Shown here: positions 51,500 through 64,000 of the stretch, in pieces
How the letters are laid out: each line of letters begins with the position of its first letter
Numbering within the stretch: position 1 is the stretch's first letter
Origin: Felis catus
Lineage: Eukaryota
Direction: 5' to 3'
DNA length: 64,000 nt
Assembly: GCF_018350175.1 (NCBI RefSeq)
Contig: NC_058369.1
Location: forward strand, 27,406,001-27,470,000
The notes under the pieces: model-generated
Seen by the model: only the letters and a program-made list of their open reading frames with translations
Told to the model about the DNA's origin: nothing
Database searches by the model: none
Program-made: the position numbers and the translations under genes

Positions 51500-51815
51500 G
51501 TGCTAGTGTATTTTAACACCTCTATAACACTTACTAATGTCCCTTTATAATAAAGCAGGGCTTGAGGCAGGGTTTTTAGCAGCTCACAGGACCTAGATAG
51601 AATTTAATAGCTTTTATTCATCCTTATGGTTAGCTTCTGTTTATGGCAAGGGATACTGGTTTTCCACTTGCTGCAGTAATTTTAAGTTTCCTTGAACAAA
51701 TGTAAGTAAAAATGAGAGTTAGGTAAAATAAAATATATCAATAACACAGGCATAGTTATGGCAAACACGTTGAAGCCTGGGAAGGTTGCCAAGAGCTAGA
51801 GTTTGGGAAAATTGC
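51500..51815. mobile_element. hAT-Charlie fossil (Charlie4a-like)
   Basis: 'ttatggcaagggatactggttttccac..aagtttcctt..atggcaaa..tgaag..gagtttgggaaa'. Confidence 0.6.
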
Positions 51816-52104
51816 GCTTGGTGCAATGACATATTATCCCTCTTTTGGGCTTACTTCCAAGGCAGAGCCACCCTCTCATGAAGTCGGATGGCTCCATGTA
51901 TCAGTCTGTGAGTCTGCATGAACACAAAAAACCAAGCTCTCCAGAGGGATAAAGAGATGGTAACAGGGGATATTTTAGCTTTAGTCTTTGGGTGTGAGTG
52001 AAAGGGGCTCACCAGGCTCCGTCCCCAGAAAGAGGACAGCAAAGAGATGAAACTTCAGAGTTTTGTCTATTGGGGTTTACATCTCAGCCACGAAAGTGTC
52101 ATCA

Positions 52105-52350
52105 CGGATTCTGGATTCACACCATCGGGTTTCAACTGAGCTCTGACACTTACTTAACTGGGTAACCATGGGCAAGCCATGCATCCTTGTCCTGCAATTT
52201 TCATATCTGTAAAATGGGATACTGATAGACTTACTCATAGGGTTGTTGTGCATATTGATTAAAATAACAATATAGAGTACCTAGAAAAAAAATGCCTGGA
52301 ACATTATCTCGTGGTAAGTGTCTAATAAATGTCAGATGCTATTATTATTG
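52105..52350 (+). mobile_element. MIR
   Basis: 'ctctgacacttact..tgggcaag..atctgtaaaatgggat..ctcatagggttgttgtg'. Confidence 0.85.
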
Positions 52351-53167
52351 TCACCATCCTTGCCACCACCTTAGGTAACATCATTTCTGAGCTTCATTTT
52401 CCTTGTTGGTAAAATCAGCCTAGTACGATCTGCCCCAAAAGGTACATGGCTGATGCACAATCAATGCAGGCTCCCTTCTATTGTCTTCTCCTGAAAATGT
52501 GAGACAGGTAAGCTAATGCAAACTTCTGAACCTGTAGGTATGTGGCTTTTGTACCTTACTTAATTTTGACTGGGAGTACAACCACAATGGGGTTTTTGAG
52601 TGCAGATGCCAGCCCATCCACCAAGTCACTAGTGATGCTTGATATCCACAGTTGTGGGAGGCAGATATGAATGTCAGTCATTCAAAATGGCACCTTTACC
52701 TTCTGGTGGAGTCATTTGACTAACCAAGCCAAACAAAGTCACCCCATTTGTAAGAGTCCTTGTGAATAGCCATCTTCTACCTATATATAGCATAGGTGAG
52801 CTTCTTTTCACCTAAGATAGAAACATAGACGTCTTCAGCTGCTAAGCCTGATTTTAAACCCATGTTGCTTCTCGTGGCTGAAGTTAGCACCATTTTATTA
52901 AGTTGGTAGTGAGCTATAGCTGCCCCACTTTTCCTTTGTTCATCTATCGATCTAAACTAATCACTTAATTAGCCCAGACAAGACGTCTTCTACAGTGTTA
53001 AATAACTCCAGAAACCTACTGGAGATGCTTGAGTGGACCGATTGGATTTAACCTGCATTTCATTACCTGTAGACTAAGATATGTGAAATTCAGGGCCTGG
53101 AAAACAAGCTGGATTCTGTACTGGGAACAAATTGTGTTTAAATGTAGAAAAAAAATCCCTTTCAAAA

Positions 53168-53330
53168 CTAGTGGTTTTCAAAGTGTGGGCCCTGACACAT
53201 GAGTGTCAGCATCACCTGGGAACATGTCAGGTCTCACTCCAGATCTCTTGAATTGGAAACTCTGGAGGTACAACCTTGCAGTCCATTTTAACAAGCCCTC
53301 TCAATGATAGCAATGGAAAACTGCTGCTTT
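53168..53330. mobile_element. MER5A (hAT-Charlie)
   Basis: 'agtggttttcaaagtgtgg..cagcatcacctgggaac..gaaactctgg..ttttaacaagccctc'. Confidence 0.8.
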
Positions 53331-54914
53331 AGGCTGTCTCTCAAGGTTATGGACTTATTTTTGTGGGTCTACCTCTTAGCAGAAAGAAGAAAAAGAGGGA
53401 ATAGGCAGGAAAAAAAATAAAAAAGGTGGGGGAATGAGGGCTGAGCAATCTGGAGGGAAGACTGTGTGACCTTGGACCAGCAGCCTGGGGGCTCATTGGG
53501 AATCTGAGAGAATTATTTCAGATTCTTCTTTAGGAATGGCATGGGATAGGGAGATGTTCAACTGTGACCAGGGTGACAGAATGCTCAGAGTGTGACCAAA
53601 ATGCTGCTATATTGTAGAAGTGGGAGAGGACAGTGGGAGCATCTCCAGGTAACATAAAGAACACAGGAAAACCTCAATTGCTCTCAGATGGCTTCCCCAG
53701 GATGAACACACCGAGAGTACTTAGTAAATGCTCACTGGCTTGACAAAGATTGAACCTTGGTGGCCTAGATTGGTTTTCCCCAGATAATGTTGATCTGGAA
53801 AAAGTAAGTGTGTTTATTAGGGCTGGTTTGTAGGGAAGATGAGGAATTACCCATAGGGTATCAACTGTGCCTTCTTGTCCTGTCTTCTGAGAAAAACTTG
53901 GCTTTAGAGGAAAGAGCTCCAGGATTTAGTATGGGAACTTGTGTTCTTACTAGCATGTGACCTTAAGCAACTCACTTACTCTGTATTGCAAGTTTCTCAT
54001 CTATAGAAGGAGAACAGTAGTTACAGCCAGATGTTTTTGTTCAGCATTGCAGTGTGGGCACCTAATACATACAATACTTGGCACACAGTGGTGATTGGAT
54101 AAATATTTGTTTAAAAGAAAAAGAAGAAAGAAGGAAGATGGTTGATTATTGTGATGCTTAAGTAAAATAATGCTTTGAAAATGCCTGACATAATGCTGGG
54201 TATAAAGATATTCTGCAAGTAGTATTCAGGAGGAGGAGGAGGAGGAGAGGAGGTAAAGGAGGAAGATGATAGGATTCACAAAACCATCTTCCAGGCATCT
54301 AGAACTGGGCCCGTATTCTTGCCGAAAATAGTCCTGCTCTTCCCATTCCTCTTCCCTTTGCAATCCATGGTTACTCCCCTTCCCAGTGACACCTTAGGAG
54401 CCATCTCACTTTTGGCTGCTGGACCCATAGCCTTCAATTTGATGCATAGTATAGTTGGTCAGATGTTTTCAGAAATGAAATGAACTGTAAGCGTGTGACC
54501 ATGTTTGAGAGTTGGTGGTGGTGGTTATTGCAAGTAGGACTGATGAAGTTTCAATCCCTGTAAGTAATTATATGTTAATTATTTTTACATTGTTCTCTTT
54601 CTAGGATAGGTAATCATTAACCTTTTGGTTAACACATTTGCCTCACAGTCAGAGTAAGCATTTTTAGTAATGCTCTTCCTGTATATTATTAAGTTATAGA
54701 AATGTCATTAGTTGCTTTCATTTACATGATTAAAGGGATGCTCTAACCTTGAGAATGTTTAAATATTCCCTGCCTTTCCTTAACTATCCCTTTGCTTTGA
54801 ACATCAGTACAAAGGACCAATGTACCAACTTGATAGTTCAGGAGAGAAACTGGGAATGGTACTTATTAAATGTGCTGAGAGCTCTTCACTATTGATGAAT
54901 CTCCAAAAAACCTA

Positions 54915-55075
54915 GGCTTTGGAAATAAGACTTGAGTTCCCAAATCGACCTATTACCAACTTTGTGACCTTGATCAGGTTACCTAACCTTTCTGAAACAA
55001 ATTTCCATATATATTGTACAGGGATCTCATATGGATTAAATAAAATAACATTTGCAAATGTATCTACAATAAATA
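54915..55075 (+). mobile_element. MIR
   Basis: 'ggctttggaa..agacttgagttc..tgtgaccttgatcaggttacctaacctttctg..ggattaaataaaataaca'. Confidence 0.75.
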
Positions 55076-55258
55076 TACAAGAAAAGTTTGTTTGTTTCTT
55101 TCACCAGTTTCTTGGGCAGTTATACCCAATAGCTGTAGACCACTGGAAGAAGTAGGTACTAAGTTTCAAGCTTGGATACAGAGAGGGATGGATGGAAGAG
55201 GTTTCTGTTTTATGAGACACACAGCTCCTTCTCACTATCTGAAAGAATTGATGGGATT

Positions 55259-55382
55259 GTGGGCCACCTGGGTGGCTCCTGATTTCAGCTCAGGTAGTGA
55301 TCCCAGGGTCATGGGATTGAGCCCCATGTCAGCATGGAGCCTGCTTGGGATTCTCTCTCTCTTTCTGCCTCTTTCCCCTGCT

Positions 55383-55436
<54 letters not shown>

Positions 55437-55454
55437 ACAAACAAACACACAAAC
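55259..55454 (+). mobile_element. Can-SINE (internally deleted) with long (CT)n
   Basis: TSD aaagaattgatg at 55242-55253 and 55455-55466. Confidence 0.9.
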
Positions 55455-56003
55455 AAAGAATTGATGTGGTTTAAGAAGTACTACTCTATAACTTTGGGTC
55501 AGCTGTGATGGAGACAATCATGGGGAAAGTTCCTTTCAAGCTCCTTACAAAAAAGAATATCTTCTGCAATTTGGAATTTGATTGTAGATGGAACAGTAAA
55601 GATAAGGAGTGGGCCTAGAGTTTGAAAAGTGAGCACACAAAGATACATAGGGGACATTTTTCTCCAGAATGGTGTCATTACAGAGTGTGTCTTTGTGCTT
55701 TTGTCTGAGAAGCATAATGGAAATCGACTCCAATGTACACGTAGTTATCCATCATTAACCATAAAATTAGCATTTTACCAGCTCTTGAGCAAAAAAGAAA
55801 CAACGTAGTGGGTTTTTGTGCACAAGAAGAAATGAGAGAGAAAAAGAAGGCTACTTCCAGGGACATGGTTCTTGCCTTTTGAATTCTCTACATACAGACC
55901 AGACCCACTTTAGCAGATGGGGTAATAGTTGGTTTTTCCCATATTTGTATCAGTAGGCTTTGTTAGTTCTTGAAACATCTCTTAAAAGGCACTGGAGACC
56001 GTT

Positions 56004-56215
56004 CTTTTTTATTTTTTTTAATGATTATTTTTGAGAGACAAAGATAGAGCATGAGCAGGGGATGGGCAGAGAGCAAGGGAAACACAGAATCTGAAGGAGG
56101 CTCCAAGCTCCAAACTGTCAGCATAGAGCCTGACGTGGGGCTTGTACTCACAGACTTTGTGATCATGACCTGAGCCGAAGTCAGATGCTTAACTGACTGA
56201 GCCATCCAGGCACCC
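56004..56215 (-). mobile_element. Can-SINE (SINEC_Fc-like)
   Basis: Antisense body; TSD ctggagac(c/a)gtt. Confidence 0.94.
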
Positions 56216-56959
56216 TGGAGACAGTTATTAGTGGGTTATCATGCCTTCCAATCGGGCATGGGTTCATGGGACTGGCAAGGAAATAGAGCTTTAGGGCTGG
56301 CCTTCTACACCCTCAGCCTCCACAGCCTCCAAACCATGGCAGAGTTATAGGAAGATGCTGAATTGAGGAAATTCATGGGAGGAAGGGCAGAGATGAGGCT
56401 CCTCTAGGGTTTTAACTGGATAGACAAAATGGAAAACAAAACTGCTAGTAGGCTTACAGTATGACTCAACTCTTTCATCAGTGACTACGTGTTTATTCAC
56501 TTCTTTGATTGAAAGCTGATGAGTAAAATGTGGAATTAGCCCCAAAGCAGGGGCCAGGCCTTCTGGTGACATTTGCTATTAAAATTGAGATGGAGTTGGT
56601 GTCTGACCTTCTGGGGATAAGAAGAATTGGCATTTTTAGGGCTCTTCTTTGGACCACAAATCATCAACCCTTGAGCTCAGGGAAATCACCAGTACTTGCC
56701 ATCTTCCCTCACTGGTATTTTATCTTCTGAACACATCCTATTCAGATTGCAGTGCTTTTTTCCTTTCAGCTAAGAAAGAAGCATCTCAGACTACACTTGT
56801 GAATGAGTGGCTTTATCTCACAAAGACAGTGCCAAATGATTGTCAATAAATAGGGCTTTGGCAAAGACATGTAAGAAGGTTTGAAAGAAGATGTGTTGTC
56901 ATACTCAGTCTATTGGCTTATACTAGATAAGAAACAGTCAAAGACCAAATGTCCTAAGG

Positions 56960-57399
56960 AATGGGTTGGATGGTGCCCTCCCCTCACAAGATAGGCCCTT
57001 GTGAAATCCCTGGAATCTATAAATGCTTTCCTATTTTGAAAGAAGTGCCTTTGCAGATATAATTAAGTTAAGGGTATTAAGACCATGAGAATATAATTCT
57101 GGATTATTTGAGTGGGCCCTTAATCCAGTGACAAGAGTCTTTGCAAGAGATACACAAAGGAGACAGAGAAGAGGAGGAAGGTGAAGACAGAGGCAGAGGT
57201 TGGGATGATGTCAAGGAACTCCGAAGTTTTGCCAGCAGTCACTAGCAGCTAGGAGAGATTCCCCCCAGAGAGTCTGGAGGGAGCAGGCCTCGCTGTATTT
57301 GGGACTTTGGACCTCTACAACTGTAAGGGGACACATTTCTATTGTTTTAGGCCACCCAGTTTGTGGTAATTTGTTGCAGGACTCATAGAAAACTAATAT
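56960..57399 (+). mobile_element. MaLR solo LTR, MLT1C/D-like
   Basis: 'ctttgcagatataattaagttaagg..ctggattat..gtgggccc..gtgaagacagaggcagag..ccacccagtttgtggtaatttgtt..agaaaactaata'. Confidence 0.88.
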
Positions 57400-58627
57400 G
57401 CCATATATCGATGATGGTGTTGGGGTCAGGGAGTAGCCCATAAGCCAAGAGATTCTCAAGGAGGCTTTCTGTGGTTCTTTGTAGCAGTGCCATTGCTGTG
57501 TTTTATTTTTCTTTATAAACCCAAATCTCCCCTTTTATTAATCTACCATTGGAAGGAAAGAACGCCCTTCTGTCATCTTTGCTTAAAAAAATTGACTATT
57601 ATGGGCAAGAGGCGTTCTTCCTCAACCAACATCAAGAGCTTTTCCATTCCCTTTCGTTACATTCCTAGCACTCAAATAGCCAGTCCAACATGTCTGATCA
57701 CCTCATTACATGTTTATTAGTTTCCTGAAGCCCATTTTGCCATCCTAAGCTCTTTCAGCTCTGCCTCTCTACACCCAAGGCAGGAAGAGAATACAACCGA
57801 GGAAAGGTTATGTGTTTCTTGTTCTGTTTTGTTCATTACCAAAATGGAAACTCTCTAAATCTTATCTCAGCTTTAACAAACCTTTGGTTACAGGAGGCAT
57901 GGTAGTTCTAAAAGATCGACTTCCTCAGTTATGCCTTTCAGAGGCCCCAAAATATCAATTTTTAAGTTACCCAACGCACAAGATAAATATTTTAACCACC
58001 ATTTTATTTCCATCCAGGCCAAGGGACAATTTAGAAAAGGTTCTATTCTAAGTGCATAGCCCAGGAAGTATGGAAGGGCTGCCGATGCTGTTGTTTTGAA
58101 GTTAGCCTGTCAGTCATGGTGATTGAAACATAACCCCGATGGCTTCCACAAGTGGAATAAAATGCTTCGCAAAAGGTTGCAGAATTGTAGGATGTAATAA
58201 AGTCTGCTTAGCTTCATTTCCAATGCTGCAGAGTCCTAGAGAACGAGGCCCATTTCTGTATGCCTTGGGATTTGTTCAAGTTACTTTTGTGCCTGGAGAT
58301 GACAGAACATAAAAACAGACATTTAGTTAGAACCAATAGCTTTTTTTGAGTTATGGCAATAAACAAAATGTAAGTTTGCTTACTGCTAATCTGTTAGATT
58401 GCCACTAACAATTTACAAGAAACCATAGAGATGTGGGCAGAATGTGTGAAATAGTTGGATCCCAACCTTGCTGATGCCTATATTCCCTGGGTCCCCACAT
58501 TTTCTGTTCACAGCCCACACTCATGTCCCAGAGGTCAGCTACATGGTCTCTTAAGAATCTATTTTACAGACACAAGACTTACATACAAATGAAGCCAATT
58601 CAGACCTTTATTAATTAGGTAAGGATA

Positions 58628-58790
58628 GATTTTCAAACATAAATGTTTCAGAATTACCTGGTGCACTTGTTAAAAACACAGATTTCTCGAGTCTGTCCAC
58701 CACATTCTGACTCAGCAGGTCTAGCGAGAGGCCCAAGATCTGTGATTTTTAACAAGCTCTCCATAAGAGTCTGAGATTTGGGGAATTATT
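58628..58790. mobile_element. MER5A-like
   Basis: 'cagaattacctggtgcacttgttaaaaacacagatt..attctgactcagcaggtct..ttttaacaagctc'. Confidence 0.75.
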
Positions 58791-61637
58791 GAGCTAGTGT
58801 GTGGCAGGCAGAATTAGTTTTGCTTCAAGGCTAAGTTACGTTAAGGATTTGGGTAGAACTAAAACAAATCATTTCTACTCATAAAATAGGAAACGGGGTT
58901 AATCTTAGAAAGAAGAGAATCCCTGTATCATAGAAATATGTTTCATAGCTCTGGCATTCTCCCTCCACCCCAAAGGAGAACCTGTTGAAGCTTTGGCTTC
59001 TGGGCCTTAATTATTGGTATCACTGAATGAGGGTGGTCAGGAACTGGGCAAGGCAAGACTACTAGCTTGGAGGACACCGGAAAAGGCACACAATTACAAG
59101 AAAGAGAAAAGTGCAGAGGAAAGATGAGGATTTTACGGGCTAGATTCCGTAATATTGGGGGAAGACTGAAATAAAGGGTCCTGGGATATGTTTGGGGCAG
59201 CTACCGTGTATGTGATATAGGAAGGAGTTTCGAGGAACTTTGTTGAGAAGCACAGATGGACTTCCCTTTGATGTTTTCAATAGACTTCGGTGTAGATTGA
59301 CATCGCTTTTCACTTACTGTTTGCTAGTGGTCTGCTAATTGGATGGCTTTGTGTGCAACATTGCAGACACAGACCTGGGTGGCTGAGCTGCAAAGACTCA
59401 GCTTTCTGCTAGGTCCAGTGTGTAGTGAGTTTAAGGGTATCCCCAATATGGCTTGTTCAGCCCTACCTGGCACATGAAGAGAGTTTTTAGTGAGTCTAAC
59501 ATTATGCTTTGCCTATAAGTACATAACAAGGTCAGAGAGCAAAGGGCAAACAGGGCATCCCTTTGGAATTACACCTCATTCCTTCCAGGACCCAGAACAT
59601 AGAAGCCTAACCACTTCTGCTTCAGCCTTCACATTTGAGCTCAGGATCCACTGCCCCCCACATTTACTGATGTGTGTGAGGGGTGGAAAATGGTGTGTAT
59701 GTACCATTCAGTTTACAGTCCCCCAACTCTAAAGATGGGCGTCTGTCTGATCTCTATGATATTGGGATCATTCTCTATTGTGCCCAGCACCACCCACCTT
59801 GTCTGGACATACAGGTCATCTCCCGATCATTCATCATTGCCCTTGTCCTTGAACAATTATTGACTTTGAGTCAGAGGCACCTGTGCAGGCCTGAAAATGG
59901 ATGTACCCTTTCTTTTCTCCGCCTCACCTGTCTAGGGCAGATTTATGTCCTAGGAGAAGTTTCCCTCAGCTTTATTTTTGGTCTTGAACGTTGTGGCCCC
60001 ATGTTATTTGCTGCAACCGCCCTCCCAGATACCAACCCTGTAATTTTCGAATCTCCGCGGAAGCCTCTATCTGTACCTGAGCAGGCTTTCTACTTACAAT
60101 GCTTCTGTAACACATCCCTCACACAGCTCTGGCATCCAAACCATGTGCCTAGCTTCTGAAAGCTCTGTGTTCAGCAGTTCCTTTTCTTCAACTAGCCTGG
60201 AAGCTTGTGGGAGGCAGAGTTTGCTTCTCCTGCCGGAGCACAATGAGTGAACATGTTGGGCTTTGAGGAGGCTTGGGTGTGAAGTCCAGCCTCATGACTG
60301 GCTGGCTGTGTGTCTGTAGGCAGACCGAAACATGCCTGGCCTGGGTAGGAAGAGGACTGAGTCAGTTAATACACGCAAAGCCCTTCAAGCAGAGCCTAGG
60401 GCACTGTAAACACTAACAATAGCCTCTATTATAACCATTATCATTTTTTATTCTCTGGATTGTGTTGGAAAGCAAGTGAATGTCAGGTGCTTAGCTACGC
60501 AGAAAGAGATTCAGTCTCATTGTTGGAGAGAGTGTATTTGGACAAGGTACTCATCTTCCCATATTCTGGTGGGATGTCATATAGTATGTGCCCTTCGTGT
60601 GCCTAGTACCCTTCAATATTACCTTTAGACAGTGGTATTTTTCAATGCTGCTTGGGTATATCAACATATGTATTTATTGAAGTGTGAGTAAGACCCTGAA
60701 GAAGTGCAAGGAGGTGAATAATGGTAACCTCAAGGCACTTCCCGCCCATGTGGGGAAACACATTGCACAGGATGCAGCAATGCAATAGATAATTGGGTGC
60801 CAGGCAACCAGTCCAGAAAATGTGGGCTTCTGGAGTTCCAAGATCAGAGAGCATGAGCCCAGAATGTGTGAAGTTTGACTGGTTGCCATGAATGTGTGCT
60901 TTTCAAATATTTCTACATCTCTAATCTAGTGGCAGATGAACTGAGAATGTCCCCATTCCTCGCAAGGCCATGCTTGAGAGATAATAGAGAGTATTATAAA
61001 GTTCCTATCAGAGGTTTATTTTGCAGGGTAGGGAATAAAGGTAGAAGGGAGGCATTGTGACTCTGGACAGTCGAAGAGGTTTTTAGAAAGAGGAGCTTCA
61101 AATTTGGAAGGGAGTTAAACCTGCCTGATGGAGAAAGATTAAGTTTTGAGTAAGGTTGACCACATGGTGTGTGCTGTAATATTCTCTTCCATCTCTCCCT
61201 GGACAATTCGGGGAAGACTTGTAAGTTAATTTGCATTTTGTTGTCATGATATAGTGAGAAGCAGAGGTACCAAAGGGATTCCCCTGGGTTATGAACGGAA
61301 CCATACTGACTTCTCTTTGAACACACAGGTGTCATCAGGCTCCATAAAGTTTTTCTGCACAAAATTCAACAGATCCAGCCAACCTCTGAGTGCATTCAAG
61401 GAAACATCTTTTGACTAGTGTGTCAGTGAAGGAGGCTTCTACCTCTTACTCTATCCTGCCTACACTCTGATGGGCCCAGAGGAGGAATTTCTGCTTTGAA
61501 GCTAAGAAAACAGATCAAAGTCTCTCTCTTCTGTAGGTGAACCTGGAAGGGAGCTGGCCACAGTTAATCTGACACAATGCAAAGGAACATATGGAGCCAC
61601 AAAAACTCCACACACCTTCCTTCTGTTTCTTGAAGAT

Positions 61638-61770
61638 CATGTTTCTCAACTTAGCTATTCACTGGAATCACCTGGGAAAGTCTAAAAATAGACATGCCTC
61701 TATCTTATCCCTCCCCCCCACCCTGCCCCCATGATTCTGATCTAATGGGTCTGAAGTGTGGCTTTGAACC
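61638..61770. mobile_element. MER5A-like fragment
   Basis: 'gtttctcaactt..ggaatcacctggg..gattctgatctaatgggtctg'. Confidence 0.65.
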
Positions 61771-64000
61771 TCTGGGGAAAACTCATGGACAGTGAAAGCA
61801 AAGAGTTCCAACCCTATTTCCTTTCTGATTCAGTTCCAAAGTGTGCTCCTGTAAAACGCTCCAAATGCCTCCAGGCAAATCAGATGCTGGAGACAAGTTT
61901 CAGTAGATTTCAGATGCGAACATCCAACTTCTCCTCAAGTTGCCTGCTGCACTCAGCAGGGCCACACATACTGGGCAAGTGTTGTCCTTCAAATGTAGTC
62001 GTTTTTGCCCATGAAGTTAAATAAAATGACCTGTTTTGCATCCATACCAGGGATGCCACAGAAGTGGTTTTAAGGCAAAGTTATCACACACACCAGCAAA
62101 ACAAAGCCTTGAGACACCAACATAAAATTCCTCTGTAACAAGTTTCTTCTTTTAAAAGTACTTCTTAGTTCCTAGCAGACTAGAGACATAGGCATAGAAA
62201 GTCATTCCGCTCACACCAAAAACAAGAGGAGCAATTTTCTATGGGCAGGCACCTCTGACCTCTGCTTTTCAGCTTTTTTTAATAAACTGGTCTCAGAAAT
62301 TGGACGACAAAAGCTGCTGGTGGCAATCTCTTAGAGTAAGTGGGTAAAGGTGAAGCTGGGTGGGGGGGCAGGGAATGGCAAGAACAGAAAGCCACTTTGA
62401 TTAGTTAACTCTCAGGCAATGCAGTTATTCCTCCATCTCGAGATAGAAGGGGTTACCCCCAAGCACAGTGGCCAGAAACCCAGCGGTGTGAGAGGATAGA
62501 CTCCTGAGCAGGGTGACCTCACACCAAGTTTCCTAACTCAAAACCATCCCTCTGTGGTGTGCCACATAGGCTGATTAATAACAACTTTCTGCAATGAGAA
62601 GGTGTGACTTGACTTCCCCTTAAACGGGGGCCATCCCCCAGGCCTGTGTTCGTAAGTCCTTGAGGGTACAGAGAGCAGCTCCAGGCAGCGTGTGGCCAGC
62701 CCCACACAGGAGGGGAGATGCGGTTCACTGGCTGTCCTTTATAGAGTGGCCATAGACTCGGCATTGTCACTTTTCTCTTTGAAGGGATAAATCAAACACT
62801 AAGAACCACAAACACACAAGAAAGACACTGGCCAAGCTTGTAGCTGTGAGTGATTTACGGAGACCCCGCAGGGCTCAGCACTTCCTTTATCCCACTGCCT
62901 CCTGGCAAGTGGAGCTGGGAAGGCTTTGAGGCTTGATGGTCGGAGTGAGGGGGCAGAACACAGTAAACCTGCTGCTGGAAAATTCATGGTACTATTTGAG
63001 CATTTTCCTGTTGTCCCACTTGAAACCAGTGAGGCCTCTGTCTTGTACGTTTGTCCCTTTTCCATACCCTCCCCTGCATCTGTACCGAGAAGAGTCTCCT
63101 TAAAAGGCTTTCTCATTCTGAGGGAGCTTATGAAGAACAGGCTTTATTTGTCTCTAAATCTTCAGCTGATATTACTTTTCCCAGAGACTCAGTTGAAATG
63201 AAAAAGGATTACTTTATATTTACTTGCGTCTTTCATGAGAGAAACTAATTTTGAGGAAGAAAGTCCCTACAATGTGAAATACTTTCCCTTCTTTCAAACT
63301 CTCCACAGGGGCAAAAGGAAAGCTAAAAGGTACACATGCTTTGTCATTTACTTTGTCTGACAGCTTCTTCTTATCATGCTTTGGAGGGTGACCTTCCTAC
63401 AGCATATTCCTTCGCTCTATTCCTGCTCTCCTGTTATAATAGAATTTTAGAGCCAAGTATGGAGCAGGCTACCTTTGATAATTAATGGCTCTGAGAGTTT
63501 GCTGAGTGTGTTATTTAATTAATGGCACTTGTGTCTGGAGTGTGTACAACTCTGTGGTTGAATAAAAGGTGTATTTGCTGAGGGATTATAGACAAATACT
63601 CCAGGATCATCACATAGAGAATTTGTCAGGGTTCAGCACATTTAGCAACCTAATGGGGTTATTATATTTTTTTGTTCTCTGCTCTTTAAAAGGTACTGAT
63701 GTTGATATAACTCTGTTACTTGTGCATTGTGTTTGAGTTTAGATTACAATCCTCCCAAACTCCTTAGGCTAATGGATAAAAATCTATTACGTGGAATGGG
63801 TCCTTTCATAAAAAAAAAAGAAAAGAAAAGGAAAGAAATCTTTAATGCTGTATTTTGAGAATGAAAGTGATGGTTAAATAAGTTATAGTGTGCTTCACCT
63901 ATCCACAACTGCAAGGAGACTAACTTGAATTATATTCAAGTTCTACGTGGGACCAAAAACTGAAAAGTTGAAAACTAGCAAGAAAACACAGAGAACATTT

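Noticed and set aside
59683..60159. 158-aa ORF
   Set aside because: No recognisable domain, and it overlaps L2-like fragments; this length can arise by chance in 64 kb
1..64000. CRISPR array, operon, defence system or intact ERV/transposase
   Set aside because: Eukaryotic non-coding DNA with no repeat-spacer arrays and no long gag/pol/env or transposase ORFs

Overview
This is AT-rich, CpG-depleted mammalian genomic DNA from a felid (cat family). The evidence is 12 tRNA-derived Can-SINEs, including a near-pristine SINEC_Fc-type copy, and feline/carnivore L1 3' ends. The window looks intronic or intergenic. It is a mosaic of old MIR and L2 fragments, L1 remnants, MaLR/ERVL/ERV1 solo LTRs, hAT DNA-transposon fossils (MER33, MER20, MER58A, MER5A, Charlie4-like) and microsatellites. 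I found no recognisable host protein-coding gene, RNA gene or intact autonomous element. The ORF track reflects repeats, low-complexity sequence and chance; only L1 ORF2 remnants are recognisable. I could not support a novel biological system. The best leads are several candidate small exons with good splice signals (one open-frame symmetric 123-nt exon on +, three on -), repeat-free motif-rich islands that may be enhancers, and structural curiosities (a solo poly(A) insertion, tail-to-tail LTRs, triple-nested TEs, a MIR strand bias). Repeat families were called by eye from remembered consensus sequences, so subfamily names and boundaries are approximate.
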